Positions 39,330 through 46,643 of a stretch of DNA of 64,000 bases are shown in pieces. The translations under genes and the position numbers were made by a program. Source of the DNA: an uncultured Bacteroidales bacterium (GTDB lineage: Bacteria; Bacteroidota; Bacteroidia; Bacteroidales; UBA4417); NCBI GenBank assembly GCA_903946925.1, contig CAJAXK010000057.1, positions 1,807 through 65,806 on the forward strand, written 5' to 3'. Position 1 is the first letter of the stretch. Each line of letters opens with the position of its first letter. Below the pieces are notes generated by a model that saw nothing but the letters and a program-made list of their open reading frames with translations, was not told where the DNA came from and ran no database searches.

Positions 39330-39492
39330 GAACGGCCATTGGGCTTATCGAAGTACAAATATTCCATGTTCCGGGAGCTGCAAATACTTTTGTGTAAAAT
39401 TACAATATAAATCCCCCTTTTTGTAACCTGTTATTAAATATTTCGTCATAAGGGACAGAAAACAAAAATCATAAACCTTAAAACTTATTGAT

Positions 39493-39837
39493 ATGAATAG
39501 CGCTGAATTTTTAATCCCGATTTCATTTTTTGCGATGATACTTGGCATTGTTTATATGTCGTACCGTAAAAAAGAACGTATGGCACTAATCCAAAGCGGC
39601 CGCGATGCCTCTGTTTTAAAGGATGATGGCCGCTGTTATTCCTCGCTTAAATGGGGATTATTGCTCTTTGGTGTTGGACTTGGATTGCTCATTGCCGAAT
39701 TTATGGCAAAATACCAGGTTATGTCGCCCGAAGCCGCCTATTTTTCAATGGCTGCCATTTTTGGCGGCATGGCTTTGATAATTGATTTCTTTATCGAAAA
39801 ACACAGGAAAGAAATCAATACAGATACTGAAAAGTAA
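39493..39837 (+). CDS. small membrane protein, unknown function
   Basis: 114 aa with three predicted hydrophobic helices. It is divergent from the ECF sigma gene. Confidence 0.6.
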   Translation: MNSAEFLIPISFFAMILGIVYMSYRKKERMALIQSGRDASVLKDDGRCYSSLKWGLLLFGVGLGLLIAEFMAKYQVMSPEAAYFSMAAIFGGMALIIDFFIEKHRKEINTDTEK

Positions 39838-39861
39838 AACTGGATTTTTTTAAAAAACAGA

Positions 39862-39893
39862 AGCCTTTCGTAAATTGTTACGAAAGGCTTTTT
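39862..39893 (+). terminator. rho-independent terminator (potentially bidirectional)
   Basis: agcctttcgtaa-attg-ttacgaaaggct forms a 12-bp stem followed by tttt. It lies between convergent genes. Confidence 0.75.
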
Positions 39894-39972
39894 GCATCTG
39901 TATAATTTGCTAATTGATTGATCTGTTGATATGAATTTCAGGTTAGCAGAATTAGAACTGACTCGGGCTATT

Positions 39973-40698
39973 TTAAGGTAGATCCTTTTTTAATTGTTTT
40001 ACAACCTCTTCTTTTTCAATAAACCCTGTATTTGCCCAAACGAGTGTTTTGTTTTTGTAAATCTGTAAAACGGGTATGGCTTCAATTTTCAGTTCTTTGC
40101 AAAGTGCCCGGCTATCGTCAGCATTAATTCGGACTACCACTACTTTATCGGCCATTTCATTAGAAATTTCATCCAGATAAGGCTTCATTTTTTTGCAGGG
40201 GGCGCACCAATCGGCATAAAAATCTATCAACACTATTTTATCTGTAACAAGCAGGTTATCAAATTGTTGTTTACTAATTCCTGTTGAAGCAGCAGCAACT
40301 TCGGTAGTTTCGGGAAGGTTGGCAGCCCTCCATTTCATCATGCCGCCGTTTAACTCATAAACCTGTTGAAAACCGTTGGATTGCATATACTTAAGGGCGT
40401 ATGTGCTCCTGCTGCCGGTAAGGCAATAAACTAAAATAGGTTTCGATTTGTCGAGCGAGGCGATTTGGTTTACAAATTCGCTAGTGCTTATATCGTAGTT
40501 TAAAGCGTTTTTTATGTGTCCTTGCGAAAATTCCCCAGGAGTCCTAACATCAATAAGAGGAGCATTAGGGAGTTCGGTTATTTTTTTCGAAAACTCGACT
40601 GCCGAAACAGAAGGATTGCCAGGTGTTGATTGGCCATTAGAGCAACTGTTGAATAGGAGTGTGACTATGGCCAAACTGATTGAAAGGTACTTCATCAT
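39973..40698 (-). CDS. lipoprotein with fused rhodanese and thioredoxin domains
   Basis: 241 aa with lipobox LLFNSC. The rhodanese part reads IDVRTPGEFSQGHIKNA...LVYCLTGSRS. The thioredoxin part reads FYADWCAPCKKM. Confidence 0.85.
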   Translation of the reverse strand: MMKYLSISLAIVTLLFNSCSNGQSTPGNPSVSAVEFSKKITELPNAPLIDVRTPGEFSQGHIKNALNYDISTSEFVNQIASLDKSKPILVYCLTGSRSTYALKYMQSNGFQQVYELNGGMMKWRAANLPETTEVAAASTGISKQQFDNLLVTDKIVLIDFYADWCAPCKKMKPYLDEISNEMADKVVVVRINADDSRALCKELKIEAIPVLQIYKNKTLVWANTGFIEKEEVVKQLKKDLP

Positions 40699-40702
40699 TT
40701 TA

Positions 40703-40951
40703 TTATTTTGTTTTTATTTCTTTAAAAGTTTCATCGTCTATAGTAGTTTGTTTTGGTTCTGCTGAACAGTTTCCGCCTACGCAATTTCCTGATGCACAGC
40801 CAAAAGCGAAAAACCCCATGGCGGCAAAATATCCACCGAAGGCAATACCAAACCACTGTTGTACCATAAATGACTGAACGATAACAAATATCCCCATAAT
40901 GAGATAAAATGCCCGTGTAAAAGTCCAGTTTGTTAAAATTCTTTCCTTCAT
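40703..40951 (-). CDS. small membrane protein with a Cys-rich tail (CASGNCVGGNC)
   Basis: 82 aa with two hydrophobic helices. Its start overlaps the upstream stop by 1 nt (TAATG). Confidence 0.55.
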   Translation of the reverse strand: MKERILTNWTFTRAFYLIMGIFVIVQSFMVQQWFGIAFGGYFAAMGFFAFGCASGNCVGGNCSAEPKQTTIDDETFKEIKTK

Positions 40952-41262
40952 TATAATTTGTTTTGCAAGCGGTTAATACTGCCTCCGTTGTAAACTACAG
41001 TATAGCCGTTCGATTTCAGGATATTTTTTGCTGCCGCACTTCTCATCCCTGATTCGCAGTAGGTTATAATAGGTTTGGATTTGCTTTTCAACTTGTGAAG
41101 ATTGCTGCTAAGCTGCTCAACGGCAATATTGATAGAGCCTTTTATGTGCCCACCAGCATATTCCCCTTTGCTGCGGACATCTAAAATAATTGCACCTTCT
41201 TTTACAAGTTGTGCATAGTCGGTTTTTTCCTTAGCGAATAATCGTAATATCGATTCGAACAT
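40951..41262 (-). CDS. single-domain rhodanese-like sulfurtransferase
   Basis: 103 aa. ILDVRSKGEYAGGHIKGSINI and the ITYCESGMRS active-site loop. Confidence 0.85.
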   Translation of the reverse strand: MFESILRLFAKEKTDYAQLVKEGAIILDVRSKGEYAGGHIKGSINIAVEQLSSNLHKLKSKSKPIITYCESGMRSAAAKNILKSNGYTVVYNGGSINRLQNKL

Positions 41263-41282
41263 TTTCTATCTGAATTTTAGTT

Positions 41283-41489
41283 TTACTTCTTTTTCTTTAG
41301 GGTTGACAAACCGATAGGCATATACAAAGGGCAAAAACCCAATAAACTTGTAAGGATAAAAACACCTGCCAGAACTAAAAGCACTATGGCAACAGTTCCC
41401 GAAATTACATTTGCGAAATATAAGACAGCGATTGCAACGGCTATCAGAATTCTTACCACTTTATCTGTGGTTCCCATGTTTTGCTTCAT
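41283..41489 (-). CDS. DUF2892 (YgaP C-terminal-like) membrane protein
   Basis: 68 aa. GTTDKVVRILIAVAI...LLGFCPLYMPIG is the family pattern. Confidence 0.8.
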   Translation of the reverse strand: MKQNMGTTDKVVRILIAVAIAVLYFANVISGTVAIVLLVLAGVFILTSLLGFCPLYMPIGLSTLKKKK

Positions 41490-41566
41490 TTAGTACGAAT
41501 TTTAAATGTGAAAAAAAATTTCACTGCAAAAGTCAAACATTTCAAATTGCCTCACAGCAACGTTTG

Positions 41567-42187
41567 TTACATAAGGGAAATCTTATTTCTGCCTAATTTT
41601 ACCAGACCCACATCTTCCATTTGTTTCAGCAGGCGCGAAACTACCACACGGGCCGTTCCCAACTCATTGGCAAGTTGTTCGTGGGTTACGCTTAAGGTGT
41701 TGGTGTTCATTAGTTCGCATTTCTTTTTTATAAAATTGAATAAGCGTTCATCTAACTTTTTGAATGCAATTGCGTTCACGGCATCCAATAATTCTTCGAA
41801 GCGCTCGTGGTATAAGCGGAAGATATAATCTAACCATTCGGGAAATTCTTTAATGAGCAAGCCAACCTTGTCAATAGGGATAAACAATATTTGTGTTTCT
41901 TCTTCGGCAATGGCTTTTACTTTGCTTGTATCGTGGTGCAAGCCACCTAAAAAGGACATAACACAACTTTCGCCCGCTTTGATATAATATAGCAAGATTT
42001 CCCGGCCCTCTTCGTCGGTCCGCATCACCCTTACGCTTCCCACGGTTACAATTGGGATAGCTTTTATGTAAGCATTTTCATTGAGTATAACTTCCCCTTC
42101 TTTAAATGTTTTTGGAAACCCGGAGTCAATCAGCCGCTTGATTATCAGCGGAGAGGATTTGAATTCAATGATCTCGTTCAGTTTCAT
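41567..42187 (-). CDS. Crp/Fnr family transcriptional regulator
   Basis: 206 aa with a cNMP-binding-like barrel and the C-terminal HTH THEQLANELGTARVVVSRLLKQMEDVGLV. Confidence 0.88.
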   Translation of the reverse strand: MKLNEIIEFKSSPLIIKRLIDSGFPKTFKEGEVILNENAYIKAIPIVTVGSVRVMRTDEEGREILLYYIKAGESCVMSFLGGLHHDTSKVKAIAEEETQILFIPIDKVGLLIKEFPEWLDYIFRLYHERFEELLDAVNAIAFKKLDERLFNFIKKKCELMNTNTLSVTHEQLANELGTARVVVSRLLKQMEDVGLVKLGRNKISLM

Positions 42188-42274
42188 AACACAAAGGTAA
42201 GATTTATAGCGTGGCGATTGGTTTTTTGTATCTTTAACAAAACAGAAATTGTACGGTAAATATTGTTAAACTGA

Positions 42275-42410
42275 ATAATTCATCACTTGATGGAATTGAA
42301 CACGGATGACACAGATCCAACTGATTTGCACGGATTTTTATCTTCATCAGTGTTAATCAGTAACATCAGTGTTATCTGTGTTCTATAAAATTTGTGAATA
42401 AATCAGGTTA
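42275..42410. repeat. 136-bp intergenic foldback element, copy A (CACGGAT / ATCAGTG words)
   Basis: By hand alignment it differs from copy B (60874..61010) by 10 substitutions and 1 indel. Its two halves are imperfect reverse complements. Confidence 0.85.
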
Positions 42411-42490
42411 ATACTTGTATTTCAAAGTATTGAAACCTAAATGAGAAATCATGTGGTGATAGCATAAGTTGATTGTCCCTTTCCGGGATT

Positions 42491-43048
42491 TTAAACGAGT
42501 TGGATTGAAAACACTTTCACATACAATGGACCTTCGCGGCGGAGTATGCTTTCGTAGAGTATGATTTCGGAAACACTTTCTTCCTGAATTTCAACCGTAT
42601 TGTATTTTCCGATGATTTGTTGAAAAAGCTGTTTGTCCTTCAGTTCTTTTATACGGCCAATGGTTAAATGAGGGACGAAATTCTGGCGGTCGCGCGGGTA
42701 TCCGCATGTTACGAGACGGGCAAACAGATTATTGGCCAACATTTCCAGTTCTTGGTTTTTTTCGATTCCAAACCACACCACTTTTGGGTCGTAACGGCTC
42801 CCGAAAATGCCGGTATTTGAAATATTAAGTGAAAAGGGCTTCGATTTTTTCAGCGATTCTTCCGTCGCCAACTTAATAGCAGGGATTAAATTTTCATCTG
42901 TTTCACCAAAAAATTTCAGTGTAAGGTGCATGTTTTCGGGTTCCACCCATTTGATACGCTCATGGCGTAGTGAAGAGGAAATTTCGTTGAATAGGCTGAT
43001 ATACCGGGCAGTGGGGTGGATTTTAATGGCTGCGAACAAACGTTTCAT
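42491..43048 (-). CDS. thpR: RNA 2',3'-cyclic phosphodiesterase (2H family, LigT/ThpR)
   Basis: 185 aa with two H-x-T/S-x motifs: HLTLKFFG and HLTIGR. Confidence 0.88.
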   Translation of the reverse strand: MKRLFAAIKIHPTARYISLFNEISSSLRHERIKWVEPENMHLTLKFFGETDENLIPAIKLATEESLKKSKPFSLNISNTGIFGSRYDPKVVWFGIEKNQELEMLANNLFARLVTCGYPRDRQNFVPHLTIGRIKELKDKQLFQQIIGKYNTVEIQEESVSEIILYESILRREGPLYVKVFSIQLV

Positions 43049-43107
43049 AAAAAATAAAGTTTTTTGGGTAAAATTACGAAAGTTTCTTACTTTTGCGGCA
43101 CTGTAGC

Positions 43108-43181
43108 GGGGCGTTAGCTCAGTTGGCTAGAGTGTCAGACTGGCAGTCTGAAGGTCATGGGTTCGACTCCCATACGCTCCA
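43108..43181 (+). tRNA. tRNA-Ala (anticodon GGC)
   Basis: Hand-folded cloverleaf. Acceptor GGGGCGT/ACGCTCC has the G3:U70 Ala identity pair. D-stem is GCTC/GAGT. Anticodon stem TCAGA/TCTGA carries the loop CT-GGC-AG. T-arm is ATGGG-TTCGACT-CCCAT. Discriminator is A. CCA is not encoded. Confidence 0.92.
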
Positions 43182-43193
43182 CAACCAAGAAAG

Positions 43194-43235
43194 ATAAAGC
43201 ACTGTATATTAATAATATATGGTGCTTTATTTTTT
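43194..43235 (+). terminator. hairpin + T-tract after the tRNA
   Basis: ataaagcac ... gtgctttat forms a 9-bp stem with an AT-rich palindromic loop, followed by ttttt. Confidence 0.6.
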
Positions 43236-43543
43236 ATATACACACACTAATACACACACTCTTTCTTTATAGTAAATACCAACAGGTATATTGAAATTGG
43301 TAATGCTGTAACCGGTAAACTATGTAAAATTTTGTCACTTATATAAAATAGACATGTGAAGCAAAGAATAACCACTTTTACCAAACTGTGGTTAAAACAG
43401 TGCCTCTCTTAAATCGTGGTGGATTTAGGTCAAATTAGAAGTGGATCTGGGTTGACTTATGGGTATAATTATAAGTTATTTCGCAGTTTAATTACTAAAA
43501 TTGTAAAATAAAAAAATGCAAATGTGCTAACAGACGTGGTGAT

Positions 43544-44245
43544 TTAAACAGAGATTACTTTATGTCCCTGTTCGTCAATGATGATTTTTTTTCCATCTAA
43601 CTGTGTAACCAGTGCAAAGCCATTGTAAAAAGGTTCAACTGCTAAATATCTTTGTTGGTAAATTTCGTTTCCGCTTATATCAATGTGATGCCAACCATAT
43701 TTATCCAAAGCAGTTGCAAAGTTTTTGTGAAAAACCCCAAGATCCAAAAAAGCTTTATTATTTAGAAAACTCCCCTTTGTGTCAATATGCCTGTATAGTC
43801 CGTCGTCTGCTTTTGCACAGGCATTACCATCTTTGAAATCGCCACAATAGATAAAACTGCCTGTGTATATTCTTTTTCCATCAAGGTCAATATGAAAATA
43901 CTTGTTGTCGTTGCCCCTTACTGAACATAGGTTTTCCTGATAATTGCCTGTCCAATTATATGATTGGTCATAAGCCTTTAAGCCTTTGTCTGTCAAGTGA
44001 AACCAATTGTCGGCTTTAACAACCGTAGCCCTGCTGCAATAATAGCCAAAAGTCCGAGTGAACCTTTCATCGTAAAGTTGATTACCAATACTGTTAATGT
44101 GATATGAACCGCTTTCATCTTTTACAGGAGCAAGTCCTGGCGAATGAAATTTTAAAACTTCAATAAACACACTTCCGAAAAGCGGTTGTTCATTAAATAG
44201 AAAATGTGTCTTGTCTGCTGATACTTTTATGTCTTGCCAATTCAT
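43544..44245 (-). CDS. WG-containing repeat protein
   Basis: 233 aa. Repeats are of the type YHINSIGNQLYDERF, YFHIDLDGKRIYTGSF, LYRHIDTKGSFLNNKAF and GWHHIDISGNEIYQQRY. A 4-nt overlap (ATGA) joins it to the upstream gene. Confidence 0.65.
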   Translation of the reverse strand: MNWQDIKVSADKTHFLFNEQPLFGSVFIEVLKFHSPGLAPVKDESGSYHINSIGNQLYDERFTRTFGYYCSRATVVKADNWFHLTDKGLKAYDQSYNWTGNYQENLCSVRGNDNKYFHIDLDGKRIYTGSFIYCGDFKDGNACAKADDGLYRHIDTKGSFLNNKAFLDLGVFHKNFATALDKYGWHHIDISGNEIYQQRYLAVEPFYNGFALVTQLDGKKIIIDEQGHKVISV

Positions 44246-45207
44246 TTTTTGAAAATTAGAATGGTTTGTAATTGATTTAACTTTTTGTCTTCTTGAAAAT
44301 TAAAACCGAATTCTTCACATAGTTTAATGTATTCAGTGGAACTGCGCTCAAAACTTTGGCACATTACAGCCATATTCAATGACAATAACCATAATTTGAT
44401 ATTAATTTTATCTGTGCAATTCTCAATAACATATAAAGTTCCATTAGAAGGTAATGCATGGAAGCAATTTTTAAGAATAAGTTTCGCTTTTTTATTATTC
44501 CAGTCGTGCAAAACTCTGGAAAGAATTATCGCTTCTGAACACTTGGGGATTCCCTCAAAGAAATTCCCACCTATTCTTTCAATAGTTTTGTATGAAACTT
44601 GTTTAATTACTTTATCTAAATCGAAAAGTACGCATCTTGCAGTATGATTTTTTTCTTTAATCAGATTTAACGCAGCACCATAGCCACCGCCAACGTCCAT
44701 TATTGACTGGTGAATGCTAAAATCGATAATGTTAGGAAGTTCTTTATAATCATCTATTGCATATTCTGACATTGCTTTATGATAATTCTTTAGTTTTTCA
44801 GGATTATCATTCAAATACTCGAAGTATGTTTTTTGGTAAATCTGTTCAAATGAGCTTTTACCTGATTGAATCGAACATTTAAGATGTTGCCATGCTATAA
44901 GGTGTTCGCCAGACCAATTTAAGCAAGCATAATACAGCCCCCCTTTATTTTCTTTTCTTAGGAGATTTCCCCTTTCTGTAAGCGTGTAATTATTATTTCC
45001 CAATTCGTTTATATAGTTATTTTCTGTTAGAAATTCGAGCAAATTCAACAAACTTTTTAAATCCCACTTGTTATTTTGTAATAATTTATCCAAACTGTTT
45101 TGCCCTTCAAATATTTTATCAAATAATTGTAACTGGCAAGCCGCATTTACAGCCAGGTATTTCCAATGTTCTGTGAACAAAGATTTTAGTTCTTTTTTCG
45201 CTTCCAT
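44242..45207 (-). CDS. class I SAM-dependent O-methyltransferase (COMT/Methyltransf_2 type with N-terminal dimerisation domain)
   Basis: 321 aa. Motif I is MDVGGGYGAALNL; also FDLDKVI and ILSRVLHDWNNKKAKLILKNCFHALPSNGTLYVIE. Confidence 0.85.
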   Translation of the reverse strand: MEAKKELKSLFTEHWKYLAVNAACQLQLFDKIFEGQNSLDKLLQNNKWDLKSLLNLLEFLTENNYINELGNNNYTLTERGNLLRKENKGGLYYACLNWSGEHLIAWQHLKCSIQSGKSSFEQIYQKTYFEYLNDNPEKLKNYHKAMSEYAIDDYKELPNIIDFSIHQSIMDVGGGYGAALNLIKEKNHTARCVLFDLDKVIKQVSYKTIERIGGNFFEGIPKCSEAIILSRVLHDWNNKKAKLILKNCFHALPSNGTLYVIENCTDKINIKLWLLSLNMAVMCQSFERSSTEYIKLCEEFGFNFQEDKKLNQLQTILIFKK

Positions 45208-45209
45208 GA

Positions 45210-46643
45210 TTAATCGAGTAATTTGTTTTTAAGAGATTCTATTTGACTCGCTGAAAGCCCACACCATTGCAAATAATTTTCAATCCCTCCTTTTTCCTTG
45301 ACGATGTCAAGAACCAAATTCAAACGATAAAGCTTTACGTCTACTTCACTTACCAGGTAATCTACTTGAATATCAGTGAGTGGTGTATCGGCAAGCAAAT
45401 GAAGCAGTGAAATAAAAATTCCTGTTCTGTCTTTTCCAGCAAAGCAATGAATGGCTACAGAACCGTTGCGCTCATTTAATATGGCTTCCATTGCAGTTTT
45501 GATTTTGTCCTTACACCCAATTGCAAAAAAGCGGTATGCGATTTCTTCATTTGTCCCTTGATGATGATTTTGTTTGAACCAATCGGGTTGGTTCCAGGGA
45601 TCGAGTTGTGCTTTTACATAGTTGAACTTAGATAGCGTTCGATCTAAATACGGCATTTCTTTAATTTCTTTTTCTGCTCTTAAATCAATTATTGTTTTTA
45701 TTCTTTTTTCTCTCAGCAATTTTTCAAAGTGAGATTCATCTTGAAAAAGAGTCAATGTTGCAGTTCTATATATTTTTCCGCTTTTTATTCTAGGATTGTG
45801 CGTGCAGATGTCTCGAAAGTTCCAAAAATAATCTCTGTCAAAAATCCATTCGCAAAACTGTTTTAGTTCAATAAACTTTTCATAGCTCACCAATGGTTGA
45901 ATTGCAATATAAAAGAAATCTAGTAATTTTCTTTTTTGCTGATTGGCTTCAGGCAAAAAAAGGGTTCCTTTTAAACCATAAAAAGAGTCTTGTTCTTCCT
46001 TGTTAATAACATTTGGAATAAAATATTTAGGCAAATAATGAAATTTGGTGTGTCCTTTTGAAGAATGTTTCAACTGAATGGCAACTTGTAAAGCAATGTT
46101 GTAGAAAAAATAAAATTGGTAACCATCACTTCTGCGGTGCATTCCCGAGCAACTTTCAAATTCGTATATGAATTTGTCAATCAATTCAGCAATTCCTTTT
46201 TCATTTTGGTGAGGAGTTTTATTTAGGTTATAATCTCTAACATGTTGATAGAGATAAGTTCCAATATTATACTTTGCTGGTCGTTTTTCAAATAGAATAG
46301 TGTCGGCTATGTTTGATATTTCAGAACTCAAATAATTTCTGTTAATCTCTGAAATGTGATTGCAAACAGCGAATTCTATTTTTGGTTGTGCTTTGAAATA
46401 AGCCACAACTTTATTTCGCAATGCAACCTCACGAATATCAACAAGTTCTTGCTGAAATTCATTTCGCAACGCTTCATTCAGAAATTTGGATTCAAATTCA
46501 CCATCAACCAAAAGTTGAATATCAATGTCTGAATTCGGCGTTGCCTCATTTCTTCCAAATGAACCATACAGAAGTGCAACATCTATACCTTTCACTTGCG
46601 GAAATAATTTTTGGAGCAGTACTATTGTTTGTAATTGTTTCAT
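45210..46643 (-). CDS. fusion protein: Pol-beta-superfamily (GlnD/GlnE-like) nucleotidyltransferase + tyrosine-phosphatase-family domain
   Basis: 477 aa. The N-terminal LLYGSFGRNEATPNSDIDIQLLV matches the G-S/G-x-G-R-x-E-x3-5-SDIDL NTase signature. The C-terminal NFRDI...YRTATL...IIDLRAEKE and AIHCFAGKDRTGIF fit the CX5R loop of the Y_phosphatase3 pattern. Confidence 0.8.
   Translation of the reverse strand: MKQLQTIVLLQKLFPQVKGIDVALLYGSFGRNEATPNSDIDIQLLVDGEFESKFLNEALRNEFQQELVDIREVALRNKVVAYFKAQPKIEFAVCNHISEINRNYLSSEISNIADTILFEKRPAKYNIGTYLYQHVRDYNLNKTPHQNEKGIAELIDKFIYEFESCSGMHRRSDGYQFYFFYNIALQVAIQLKHSSKGHTKFHYLPKYFIPNVINKEEQDSFYGLKGTLFLPEANQQKRKLLDFFYIAIQPLVSYEKFIELKQFCEWIFDRDYFWNFRDICTHNPRIKSGKIYRTATLTLFQDESHFEKLLREKRIKTIIDLRAEKEIKEMPYLDRTLSKFNYVKAQLDPWNQPDWFKQNHHQGTNEEIAYRFFAIGCKDKIKTAMEAILNERNGSVAIHCFAGKDRTGIFISLLHLLADTPLTDIQVDYLVSEVDVKLYRLNLVLDIVKEKGGIENYLQWCGLSASQIESLKNKLLD

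Noticed and set aside
39077-39426. Three overlapping 88-106-aa plus-strand ORFs (MFKCSNVQMFKCS...) in the ORF track.
   Set aside because: They are translations of the 8-bp tandem array in all three frames. The peptide periodicity mirrors the DNA repeat, so I treat the region as non-coding.
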